Source of the DNA: Saccostrea echinata
Lineage: Eukaryota
Assembly (NCBI RefSeq): GCF_033153115.1
Contig: NW_026889803.1
Coordinates: 67,456,001-67,520,000 of the forward strand
Length of the DNA: 64,000 bases
Direction of reading: 5' to 3'
Part shown: positions 13,539 to 25,949 of the stretch, piece after piece
How the letters are laid out: every line of letters begins with the position of its first letter
How positions within the stretch are numbered: position 1 is the stretch's first letter
Position numbers and translations under genes: made by a program
Notes under the pieces: model-generated
Database searches by the model: none
What the model was told of the DNA's origin: nothing
The model's input: only the letters and a program-made list of their open reading frames with translations

Positions 13539-14734
13539 CTGGATATACAGAATTATGTATCTCAGTGTAATCTATTTGTGTGCCAAGTTATATTGAAATC
13601 AGACCAAAACTGTAGGAGGAGTAGAGTTTTGAAAGTATTTCACAGGAATTTCTATTTTTAGTAATCATGGCAACACCGTTCATCGGTATCAAAAACCGAG
13701 AAAAAGAATTATGTATCTTAGTGTAGTGTACTTGTGTGCCAAGTTATATTAAAATCAGACCAAATAATAGGAGGAGTAGCATTTTGAAAAATTGTTTACA
13801 GACAGACAGACAGACGGACGGACGGAGGACAACTTACTATCGCAAAAGCTCTTCTGGTCTCTGACCAGTAGAGCTAAAAATGAAATTTCTTTGAATGGTT
13901 TTAATGGATTTATATATAGCAGAGAAGATGAAAGTTTATTGCTATTCCTTTATATAAAGGATTTAAATTTTAATTATTTTATATCAGAAAGCAAAGCCTT
14001 CAATGATTGTTTTAGCATGTTTGTAATTATTAATGTTATTGAACAGTCTACATGGTAAAAATTTAGAGGTAACATGTCAAATTCGTTTTCCTGCTAAATA
14101 CTTTTATTCGCACATCTGTTGGACTTTTGAGCCTGGTTACTGTCTGTTATCTTCTTATTTATCTTCATATCTCATGATATATGTTTGTGTTATATATGAT
14201 GGTGCTAAAGTCTTCGTTTTACGAATGCATTAAAGGCAGTTATAGATGCTCAGTAGTTTCAGTCTAAGATATAAGATATCAATCAATCAATACATTTTAT
14301 ATATGTTTGTGTCTCTTTTATCTTAGGGACAAGAAAATATAATGTCTCCCATAGCCCCTAGATCGAAATTTGGGGTGTCCACCTTTCTCCTGAGAAAATT
14401 TTTGCCGTTAATATTGCATGGGAATTTAGAAATGCTCATTTTTAAATTCTTAAGCTGGCTAACGCCCAATCCCCCAATTTTATTGTATTATGGTTATCTG
14501 CCGAAAACGAGAGTGGAATATACCTTCCTTCACACACACGTGACTTTGCAATATTGTAGAATCATTTCAATTCATGGTGTCCAATGTTCGTAAGCAACTA
14601 AAACGTTACTTGTTCGTGGGAATGTAATTTCGTGAGTAACTTGTATATGCACAAAATCAAACCGATTCTTTGACAAAGTAATTGTTTGTTGAGATGTATG
14701 TTCGTGAGTAAGGTGACAGGTCAAGCTGTTTTGC

Positions 14735-15030
14735 ATGATCTCTTTGAATAGCCAGTAGGTTGGGAAAATCCTTTAATAGTTTCTCAATTTCTGAATCGTC
14801 GATTTTGACTGCGACGTACAAGAATTTTTTTTCTTTAAATTCCCATTTTAGCTCTTTCATAAACATTTTGTTACCACTGATATTTTCATGTATCATGTAT
14901 CTTACTGAATTGTTTAAAAATGTCTGTTTGAACTCCTTTTTAAGAAAATGTTTTCTCTTCTTAATAAAAGGACTTTGGGTTTTAAAATTAACATGAACAA
15001 AATTCAAGATTGTGTCTGAGCTGAATAAGA
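14735..15030 (-). pseudogene. TRPV-like copy 3, N-terminal ankyrin-region fragment
   Basis: FSSDTILNFV…EFKEKKFLYVAVKIDDSEIEKLLKDFPNLLAIQR aligns by eye to FTTDIIFNVL…YFKGETLLYIAIINDDS…EELLKGFPDLLTMNR at 34020-34365. A conserved upstream block at 15620-15695 matches 8090-8160. Confidence 0.65.
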
Positions 15031-15071
15031 CATTGATTTTTAAATTTTGTTTTCTTCTCTCTCCATATCGC

Positions 15072-15475
15072 ACAGTAGAGATGTACATATACATTTCCAT
15101 GTTTATCAGACAGTAGAGATGTACACATACATTTACATGTTTATCAGACAGTAGAGATGTACACATACATTTACATGTTTTATCAGACAGTAGAGATATA
15201 CACATACATTTACATGTTTATCAGACCGTAGAAATGTACACATGCATTTACCTGTTTTATCAGACAGTATAGATGTAAATATACATTTACATTTTATCAG
15301 ACAGTAGAGATGTACATATACATTTATCAGACAGTAGAATTGTACATATACATTTATCAGACAGTAGAGATGTACATATACATTTATCAGACAGTAGAGA
15401 TGTACATATACATTTATCAGACAATAGAGATGTACATATACACTTATCAGACAGTAGAGATGTACATATACATTT
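15072..15475. repeat. Minisatellite with 30-bp core and ~37-39-bp variant units (cagacagtagagatgtacatatacatttat)
   Basis: Direct inspection, ~12 units. Confidence 0.95.
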
Positions 15476-16260
15476 TGACATGTTTCATTCAATAATTTTC
15501 CGTATGTGGTAGAATTTTTTTTTTAAATTCAAAGGCTGAAAATTTATCAATGGTATTATTACATGTAGATGAAGGATTAAAAATAACTTTTGAAATGTCT
15601 TTTAGCTAGAGACCGTGAATTTACCTTAACGGTATATTTGGATCCGCTAAACGTGCTTAAACCTTTCGTAACTTATGTATGTATGCCTGGAAAGTAGCTA
15701 AAATAGCAATAAAGACATGGGAATTGCTCTGTTATCTTTTATCTCTTTTTTGTACGAGTATTGAAAACCAATTACAGTGAAATAGAATCATCGTTGTTTT
15801 TATACTAATTTTGACTATAGACTACTCCATTTACCTTATCAACAAGAGGGCTAACGGCGGGATTTTTCAGTGCTTTGAAATTTTGTTGCTACGCTCAAAT
15901 TTGCGGTAAACCGATTTCATGAAAAAAGCATATGCACGTCATATGTTCATTCAATCATAACTATTCTTTTAACCATAGGAAATCATGCATACTATTTGAT
16001 ATATATGGAGAAATCGCAAGCATATATGAAGAAACTTTAAATTTTCGAATGTTAAACATTGGCTACACATCACTGAATATAAAATACTCGATCAAGTCAT
16101 TTCCTTTCAAAACAATTTAACTGAAAATCACAGCTGCGCACGATCAAATCTTTATAGAAAATCTACCTTTAGTAATCTTTACACTGTGTTCAAAAACTCA
16201 AAAATACAAATGATATCAGTCGTCTGTTTATATATGTACGTTAAAATGGATTGACTTATA

Positions 16261-16332
16261 ATGTCAGAAGACGCAGGGGCGATCTCACTTCAGATTCATT
16301 CTGGAGGAAGTGGTTATGTAGACTCCGAAAAA

Positions 16333-16375
<43 letters not shown>

Positions 16376-19300
16376 TCATAAACACAATTTACTTCCACAA
16401 ATTATCATTAATCTGACGTAACTGTTCTTATATTGTGTGCGGATATACATATAACACACGTACTATGTATGTGTATATATTGCACATTCTGAAATGTAAC
16501 AATATGAAATCTAAAATGAATTCCATACGTACAGATATCATATATGTTGTCTAGTCAATTTAATCATGCTGGACAATACAAGCTTGATGTTTGAAATAAA
16601 GATTTAAAGTACATTCAATTTGACAATGTTTGTATTCTTTAAAAGATCACGGACATTTAATTTCATTTTTAGCGGAGCTTCTAGACGTCAAACACAGGGT
16701 GCAGTTGACCGTGGCTGTGAGGTTAAGGAGGGCCGCCATTGTTGTGTCCTGGCTCTCCGTCCTATTTGGGTTTACTCAGGGTGTCACGGCAGTCGGTACG
16801 AATTGCTTCCACTCAATGAATTCAAATAAAAAAATAATGTTACAGAAATTCTACAACGTCAAATGCTTTTTTAAAAGCAAGCTTATTTCTTGCATGGTGA
16901 AGACAGACCTTTTCAATACTCAGACTTTGATATTGTAAACTATGGAATCATCTGCATTTGTTTTACTTTTTATGCATCTAAATTTGGATGTTTTAATCTA
17001 TACAACATGCATGTATTTTTTTAATGAAATGGAAACTCTTTGCATCTTATTTATAACAAACGTCATTCAATACATCTGTGCCCATTATAAAATAAATATT
17101 GATGATGTACGAAGTCGTGTCACCACCACCGATTTAATACCTTTCATGACCAACTTTATGCTCGGTCGTTCTTAACTTCGCAACAGCTGTAAAATCCACT
17201 TTATAGCTCACCAGAACCAAAGGTTCAAATGAGCTTTTCTAATGGAAGTCTTCCCAGGTCATTGCTGACCTCTACAAGACCAGAATTTGTACAAGATTTC
17301 GCACAAGATTCTCAAATGATAAATAGCCCAACATTCTACAGCTGAGAATTAATTAAAATAGGGCTTGGTACTTTAAAATCTGCATAAATAGGACCACATT
17401 ATCATGTAACACTAAGCTTACGCTAAAAGTTAAACATTTTAAAAATAAGATGTTTCTAATTGGAGAGAATTCGAGATAGTGTCTATAATAACCTGAAGTT
17501 AGATTTTATCCACAAAAGGGACCTTATTAGTTCTGCTTATACTATATATAGAATTCATATATCAAATCATCTTATTCTAGACAACTAAAAGACTACAATT
17601 TATCAAAGCAAATTGCAACCATTCTTATTAAACGTAGATTCAAGTTTCTTTAGAGAATATCCTTGTGCCAATTTGGGCTACAAGATTTCCATACATAATT
17701 TTAGAAACAAGTGTCTTATGTGAATGCTTATGCACTCATAGGCTTAACATTGTTTTAAAACCAGGAAATGTACAAAGAAAGAGGAAACTTTACGAAGTGT
17801 CTCAAGAAGAACAAGCCCAATTTAAACTATTCTTTGTGTTGAATCAAGCTTGTTCAAAGTTAAACCCACGCTGGATTTCTAGGAGACACAGTGCAAAGAA
17901 CGCTTAATAAAAAAATTGGAATAAAAAAAAGCCATCTCTCAATACCCTTTTTACCACTTATAATGAAGAATCATAGTTCTGTGTAGATTTTGTTGAAATC
18001 TTGATACGGTGCCCAGCATACCTTTTTCGCATTGTTCTTTTACTTTTCAGCTTTTGCTTTAAAACTCAGCAGTGACACGCTGTTTGGATTTGGAGTAAGT
18101 AAAATATATACTTTTCCTCCTAATACTTAGCATGATTGCAACCAGTTTATGAAAATGATAATATTTCACTCCTAAGGACAAATGTTACAAACTTTTTTAC
18201 CATGCAAATAATGAAAAAAACCCAACTAAATTCATTTTTATTTAAGTAAAACGAATACGTTTAGCCATATAAACTTTCATTTTTCATTCAAAGTTTCTTA
18301 ATAATGTCTCACAAATGGTAAAAATTCTATAGATTTTAAATTGTTATGGGAAAAAGGAATAAATTTGAACATCATAGAAAGTCTAAAAATTCTGAATATT
18401 TTAGAAATTTGATATATGCAATATTTAAACCAAAATGAGTTTGAAAAATTCATTTTTTGTCTGTATCATCTGTCTTTTAATATGTACATGTACATATATA
18501 TCATGATGCTTTAGTGTTCATTAAAATTCTCAGTCTCAAGATTTTATCATGCATTTACCACCAACGTTATTTCTACAGCTTAATGCAATATTAGACAGCA
18601 CATCATCTATTGTGGTATTATGGCGATTTCACAGCAAAGATCTCTACTCCGAGAGCCGAGAACGAAAGTAAGTGAACAACAGTAAACTTGTAATGTCTAT
18701 ACTTGGAGAGCAGAGGAAAACCAGTACAAACATTTTACTTGAGATGTAAAGTTATAAACTCTACATAACCATTAGCAAAACAGCTTTTTATATGTATGCA
18801 CGATTCCCTGAATAAAGTTAGAGTTGACTAACTATTATTTCAGTAAAATAAATCTATCATTATATCAATGAAAAAGGTGAAGATAACGAATAGTAATAGT
18901 TCTCAAAAAATCTATAAAAATACAATTTAACAGGGCATAAAACAGGGACCCCGGAAATTCCAGAGGTGGGATCAGGTGCCTAGTAGGAGTAAGCATCCCC
19001 CGTCGACCGGTCACCACCGCCGTGAGACCTATGTTTATATCAGGTAGATGGGACATTCCGTAGTCAAATACAGTAAAAGAACAAACGCCTAACAATTGGT
19101 ATGAAACACGTCAGCAAACATATACCCCAATGAAAGGTTATATTTGCTAACAAGGTCATTATAACGATCATAGAATTTACGAAATGGTGACTTTAAACGA
19201 AGTTGTTGAAATCCCTGCAACATCAATTTATCTGTCAATAGCCTGCCTCGGTTTAAAAATTGACGTATTCGGAGCATGTTCGTGAGTATCGAATAAGTTG

Positions 19301-21809
19301 GGAGTTGTAAAAAACATTATGCAGGTGATAGCGGATATTACTACATAAATAAGGAAAGCTGAAGATGGAAAAGTTGAAGTCATCTCGTTTATCATACAGT
19401 TTAGTTGTTAGTTGGCCCTTATCGTCTATATTCAGTAAAACATCCAAATATGAAACAGATGTGGCAGACTCTGTGGTGATTTTTATTTCAAGTTCACTGG
19501 GATATATCTAATCGACATATGATTGAAAGTAAGTATTGTTAATTGATCATTCATCGTCGATATACCTAAATGTCGAAATGAAGACCACAGCAAGTGTTTT
19601 CTTCTTCTCGTGTAGAGGTTTTTGAATAAATTCTGCTTCATAGGTATATAAAAACAGGTAAGCTAATAGAGGAGTACAATAAGTGTCCATTGCAATTCCA
19701 AGTTGTTGGAAGACCTGGTCTCCAAAGACAACACAAATGCTGTCAATGAGGAATCTATTTATTTTTTTAAATTTATCTTGAAGAATGGTTCTATAAAGTG
19801 AAGAAAAGTCGTATGTTTTGATGTAACTAACTTTTGAAAAATCCAGCGATTTTAAATTTTCTAAAAATTAGTTCGAGTTCTTGAGAATGCACATGTAATT
19901 TACACCACTTCTAGAATATGCTATAACCAGTATGTCTGAAGTTTCTCCTGAACAGCAGTTAATATTTTTGTAAGAGGCAAGGATAGGGGCTTCGTAGAGC
20001 ATTTGCTTGACCTTGTAATGTATCTCTGTAAAGATTTTATGAAGCTTAGGAATCCAATATAGGTAGGGTGGATCGAACTCACATTGGTTGACAGGAATGT
20101 TCAAAGTTTTAAATACTGAAATGTGATTTTGTAGAATTTTATCTTTAGAAAATGAAGTGGTATCATAAGTTGGATTTCCAAAAGTAGAATTAAAACCAAC
20201 TTCTTCTGAAATACAGTTATAATAATGAATCTTGCAAACAAAGACGATAGTGTTATGAACTTGCATGAGCTGTACGTCAAACGGTTTGTTTTCAAAAGAT
20301 TTTGGTTACTTTTTATCCACAGGGCCTGTTTTATTATAGCCATTTTATTTGTGGTGTCCAGCACCAGTTTACTGACGATGTCCATTGTTACACTGGTCAA
20401 AGAAACCAAAGAAAAACAGGTACTTGTCACATAAACTGTCAAATAAATCGGTTGTGATCGTTCCATGTAACACTGAAGAAACCATGCTAGGTCCACAAAT
20501 CCCAGGTTATTTATTTAAAGATACATTTATGTAGAAATCTATTTATGGATTTCTTGTTTTCTACAGTTTCGTCAGAAATATGCAATTGTAGTAATATATG
20601 AAATTACAACAACAGGATTAAATATTATTGAAACCGGAGAAGATTGTCCACTTCGTTTGTCCGTCAGTCTGTCCACTTGGTTTTTTTCTAAACGCTTGCA
20701 GGTGTTGGGCTTATTTTTGGAATGTGAGTCTACATTATTGAGTTTTAGATCAGATTGTATTTTGTTCCGCTTCAATGATTTTTTACGTAATTCAAAAGGT
20801 ACCCGGTATACAGGAAAACAAAACAACAAAGTGATCACTATCTTAATTGCTTAGAGGGCCACAGGAAAAGTGACCCGTCTTTTATATTTTATGATGATAA
20901 ATTTGTAGCTTATTCATTATAAAGTTAATATATAGCTTATAAAGTTATTCATGCACAGTCAAGACACGAAGAAATTATAGCACATTAACATAGAGAAATA
21001 ATATAGTTCACTGACAGCTATTTTGTTTCAGCTTGTTAAAATAATCACGCTTTCCCCAATCTAGGCTATAACTATGTACTACTCGGAATAGTAAAGTTTG
21101 AGATTAAGATTAAATGTAGTTAAACATTTTCTTTCAGCTTGTGACACTGAGCATACTGTCCTTGGTCAATGGCTGTTCTAACCTTGTATTAGGGATTATA
21201 AAGTTTGGTATAGGATACAAACTGGAGAGTAAATCGTTGATGACAGATAGTAGGATTTTGATTATTTCATCAAAAATAATTTTAATTATGTGATCAGTCA
21301 TTCAAAAACGATTTTTGTACTTGGTAACATGAGAACTTCAGAGCAACAAGTGCTCTCATTAACTTGATAACTGTTCGTTATATTGATATGTGTAAGTATA
21401 TTTTGAAGGACGAAGAGCTATACTATTATATTACAACAAAAATAACAATTTAAAAGGAGTATGGATTTAATTTGTGTAAAATCATATGTACATATAACCA
21501 TCCTTTTTTTTTATAGGCGTAATCACGTTTGTCGGCGCCGTGATAAGCTTTTCGGCTTTCCTAGCCATAGACCTGTATGAGCATAACTCCTCTCTTTGGT
21601 ATATAGACAATGTGTTCGGTGTTGGCTGCAGTTTATTCCTGTATTTATTTGCCATTAGGTAAGCCCAGCTTACACGTGCACGTAAGTTCTGTAATATTTC
21701 TCCACTTCTATAATTTTGATAACCACTGTTATAGAAATTTTGACCTTTATGTTTTAATTTTAGATTATTCTGCCAGTTTTGCAGCAGCGGATCATCTGTG
21801 CAATCATGA
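16261..21809 (+). CDS. TMEM163: TMEM163-like cation-efflux transporter, 241 aa. Exons 16261-16333, 16673-16795, 18051-18094, 18579-18667, 20323-20419, 21138-21249, 21517-21658, 21764-21809
   Basis: All introns are GT-AG and phase-compatible (726 nt). RAAIVVSWLSV…LFGFGLNAILDSTSSIVVLWRF…ACFIIAILFVVSS…KFGIGYKLESKSLMTD…LWYIDNVFG parallels vertebrate TMEM163. Invisible to the ORF track as a unit. Confidence 0.9.
16336..16372. repeat. (GA)n microsatellite directly after the exon-1 donor
   Basis: Direct inspection. Confidence 0.95.
18867..20260 (-). mobile_element. Penelope-like RT fragment, degraded, in TMEM163-like intron 4
   Basis: YLYWIPKLHK, TKLYDKRDDFNFSI, FRKFYDRYNDLV, GMLTPTRHLIPP. Confidence 0.85.
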
Positions 21810-22135
21810 ATGCTAACACGTTTGATATAAACTACCCCAGTGAATAAACTGCCAGTAACATGATTCGAAAATCAATGGCATTTTGTTATTTTTCATAAAA
21901 CTAATAACTATACAAGGTATTATCTGTTGTCTGATATGCTCTTTTCTTCAACTTATACATGCAAATCCATTATTTATTGCTAAAAAGATTTATGATAGCA
22001 TATTTCTGTGCCTATCTATAAGTTTATTCTCTACAGCACTTATATCAACAAGCAATGTACATGTATCTATATCAACAAGCAAAATAGCTATGTTAAAATA
22101 AAACAAAACATTACATGTTACAATTCCTTCATATA

Positions 22136-22301
22136 CAGTTGAACTTCGGTATCGTGAACACGGATATCTCGGATATGTCGAAGTCATTTTAAAGTCCCAA
22201 CTGCTTATTCCTTCAGTATTTTACCGTGTATATCTCGAATCCACGGATATCTCGAAGTATTTTCTCGGACCCTTCGAGTTCGAGATAACGAGGTTTGGCT
22301 G
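22136..22301. mobile_element. Tc1/mariner-pogo-type MITE
   Basis: TIR cagttgaacttcggtatc / gataacgaggtttggctg, with TA on both sides. Confidence 0.75.
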
Positions 22302-22913
22302 TATATCTTACGGTATAATGTTGGCTTTTACGTTTACTTCCATTTATGTTACAATGTTACATGTTACAAATTATATAATTTTAAATGTTTACTTCTAAAA
22401 GGCAATTTATTCCAAAAAAAAAAAAATTGTGAATAGTAACAAGTATTTTTTCTAGCACCTTTATTCAGAGTCAAATATTTTCAACAGGGATAAAACATAA
22501 TAATAATTTTACGCGCAAAACATGATCTAGAAATAATAGTACTTTTGATATACATGTATCTCATCAATTAAAAACATTCCTAAAATATGTTATCACAAAC
22601 CAAAAAGGACTTACTTTCAAAAAGAAAAGTTTTCGCTCTATAGTTTTACAGTGAACTATTAATTATAACTGATAAATATAGTAAATAAAATGAGGAAATG
22701 ACGTATTCCTAACTGTTGTCAATATTTATTTTGTGCTGTAGTCTTTAGATAAAAGCATAGAATGAAACGAAGAGAAGGCATGTCTGTGTGTGTTACTAAA
22801 TCCCACGAATATCAGCACACATAGTCATTTTAAGGTAAAAAAAATACCGTGTACATGTTTTTTGGCATCGAGGAATGTTCACCAGAAAGGAAATGAAGAA
22901 AGTCCTACACTGG

Positions 22914-23582
22914 TTATCGTATGATGGGAAAGTTCTCTTGTCGGCTTTGGCTGTGAGGTTTGTTGTTAGTTTTTGAGACTGGAATCAAATGTCGGACTTG
23001 GGGCTTGAAGTGAAACTGACCTTTTTGTTGTTGTTCTCTCAGCGTTCGATAATACGACATATCAGACAACTTCCTGTCCAGAACTTTTCCGGATTCTTCC
23101 TGACACTGTTCTTTCAGGATTTTCGTCACTACTCTGTGAACAACATTTGGATCCGCCTGCCGAATCTTCCTCTTGATCTCGTGTTTGAAGTATCCAGGTT
23201 GATAGCCTCCATTATATATTTTAGTTTCTAATGAAATTTGTCTTGCTGTTCTAGGAGATTCTACTCGCCTCTTTTTGAAGCCATGTTTCATCGTCTGGAA
23301 ATTATCAAATTTGTAATCCGCCCCGATGACCTCCCTGTACCCACGTAGTTGTTCGATATTCCGCTCTGTACGGTCCATAACTCGCTGACGTAGGAACTCG
23401 TGTACTCGCTGATCACGGTTCATTAGTTTTGTGAGTTTATGTAATCTTTCCTGCTCCAGTTCGTTCACTCTGTTAACATGCATCCGAATACGCAAAGACT
23501 CTTTTGCTATGTCCGCAAACATTGCGCCTTTTCCAACGAAAGATTCGTTAGGATAGCCTATCTTGATCTTTCCCTTTGGCAT
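22914..23582 (-). CDS. Uncharacterised basic coiled-coil protein, 222 aa (MPKGKIKIG…), single coding exon
   Basis: Clean ORF with coding-like composition. A 91-bp 5'UTR intron at 23584-23674 (CAG|gtaaga…ttcaag|aATG) places the start at 23582 rather than 23669. Confidence 0.75.
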   Translation of the reverse strand: MPKGKIKIGYPNESFVGKGAMFADIAKESLRIRMHVNRVNELEQERLHKLTKLMNRDQRVHEFLRQRVMDRTERNIEQLRGYREVIGADYKFDNFQTMKHGFKKRRVESPRTARQISLETKIYNGGYQPGYFKHEIKRKIRQADPNVVHRVVTKILKEQCQEESGKVLDRKLSDMSYYRTLREQQQKGQFHFKPQVRHLIPVSKTNNKPHSQSRQENFPIIR

Positions 23583-25644
23583 TCTTGAAGAAAATGTGTG
23601 AAAAAGCATCCAATAATGTTGTCCATGTAAAACAAGGCTAATTAAAGTAAAAGATACAGATGATAACATCTTACCTGAACATACAAGCTGAGCGAAACAC
23701 CGTCTTTACTATCACTAGTTACATACTGGATTTTCTGAAAAAAGACAGGTGCACAAATTGACAATATAGTTCCAAAAATGTTTCCAATAATTAAAATAAA
23801 AAACTATAACCCACAAATAATGTAGATCTCTGGAAACAATGCAACAGATAAAATTTCTAATCAAACAAAATCTGAGATCGCAGCATCGTAATCCGAGACC
23901 TCGCTGTTATTAACTATATCCAATCCACAGGAAGGAAGGTCAAATATTTGATTTAAGACATCGATATTAAATCAAGTTCTTGTGACCACGATATAAAAGA
24001 ATTGATCTATGTTCACCGACAGTCAATAACTTTGTTACAATGTATGAAAGCGACGTAATCTATTTAGATTTATTGAAAACAAACGACGCGATCAATATTT
24101 TAATAAAAGTATTCAATTTATGTGTGTCTTTCATAGTCAATATTGAATAACTTTATGCATGAGCTCGAAAGAGAGCAATGAACCAGGAATAACTTTTACA
24201 TTTTATTTTAACACTTGATTCTGAAATGAGTTTCTTTTTTATTCCATTAAAACAACTGCCAGATTTTGTACTTTAGAATAGAATAGAAAAGGCCTCTATC
24301 TACTAAATGTTGTAGGAATATTTTTTTCAAGCATTAAACCCTTAATTTAATTAAAAAAGAAACGGATCGATCGAACTCCCGACATGAACAATAAGAATAT
24401 ATCCACTGTAACTTAACAACACTATGTCATTTTAAGTAATTTATGTTAATATTTACCTTGTATATCACTGAATCGAATTTGGAAAACAAATCGAAATGAA
24501 CATTTATTAATGATAAAATTTTAATAACTTAAATATTTTGTTTCTTGATAAGAAACGATTTCTAGGCTTGTATTTTTTCTATTAACGATCTTCTTTCTCT
24601 TCTGTCAAAATGATCCCTTTCGAATGAAAGAGGGTTATATAATGAAATTGCTATCTTTAAATAATATTACGTTAAATTATGCATAAATTTCGTCACAGCC
24701 TCTGTCTGTCTTACAGTTTATTTCTCAACTTATTAAACCATTTGAGAGGGTATTTTAACATGTTATGAATGGCTTGATGTGCACTGAGGCGTCCTTTTAA
24801 AAACAATCTATCGATTTATTCTCGTGTATAAACTTGAACCTGTAAAACTTAAATGGAGGCTGTACAGAAAACAGGTAACGATTTCAATTGTACAAGTTGT
24901 ATTTTATATGAATGCTATTGTTTCACAGGTTTATCATTTATTATGCACACAAATATGGTTCATGCATGTTAAGAAAAAAGATTTTTTAAAGAAAACGCCC
25001 ATTGCAGTGCACGTTTATCGATATACGTATTACGAGCTTATTGGTAAACAAAGATGCCATGAATATTCATTTGTCTACACGTGACACCCTACAACCAATA
25101 CTAGTAGATGAAACTTGCTGCACAATCACTATTTTGAAACTTGCTTGACACTGTTCATTGAAATTATTTCTGTAAACAGTGTGATGGTTATGGTGAGGCT
25201 TTGTAATGCTCGTCGTATTAGTAAATCTATATGCACTGCTGGCGAGGTCTTCAAACTAGTACTATCCAAAAATTAAGGACTAATACCAAGATTAATTAAC
25301 GTACACTAAGTACATGTGCCAATCTGTGAGATGAAAATAAGCCGTAAAATATGTGTTCTATCAGAAATCAAAACATATCTCAATACAGTAATTATACCGG
25401 AGTAGTGATGTTTGTCTTGTAATCCAGTCCGTATTTTATCACACACAACTCTGCAAGAGAACTCCTACATAAACTCTTACAAATTACTAAACATCAAGTC
25501 TATCCATTTATCTTAAATATTAATTTTGATATTGATACATACAGATAGAAATTAAGTTCTTCGTTTGCAATTTAATAAAATATAAATATCTCCAATCTCT
25601 TTTGTTAATTTAAAGTTTGTTTAATTGCAAATAAGATGCTAAGA

Positions 25645-25810
25645 ATGAAATATGGAAATAACGAACAGTATTCAAGCTCAAAGTCTATAAAAACAAATAC
25701 AAAGCAGAGCAAACACGGGCCTCAAAACGATCAGAGATGGGATCAGATGCCATGGAGGACTGAGCATCCCCTGCCGACTGGTCACACCCGCCGTGTGCTC
25801 CTTGTCATGA
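25645..25810 (-). mobile_element. Penelope-like 3' fragment
   Basis: TAGVTSRQGMLSPPWHLIP motif and the family 3' end. Confidence 0.75.
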
Positions 25811-25949
25811 AGAAAGGATATGCACTTGTAATTACCTGTTTTATGAATATAATGAATAGTTAGCTTGAACGCAATGAACGGGTTTCTAGATGATATATAC
25901 TTAGTACATATCATGTGAAAGTACGTTGATCGTGTATTTCAGCTATGAG

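Larger units (their letters stand above)
11907..13879. mobile_element. Outer HINE/pearl-type element (~150-156-bp repeats, ACAG/ACGG microsatellite) hosting two insertions
   Basis: 5' agctctactggt and 3' hairpin agctcttctggtctctgaccagtagagct. Unit anchor tcagac(c/t)aaa(a)ctgtag at 12061, 12211 and 13599; more degenerate at 13755. Confidence 0.75.

Noticed and set aside
15133-15495. Repeat-peptide ORFs (VYVHLYCLIN, CTSLLSDK)
   Set aside because: Translations of a minisatellite that is open in several frames.
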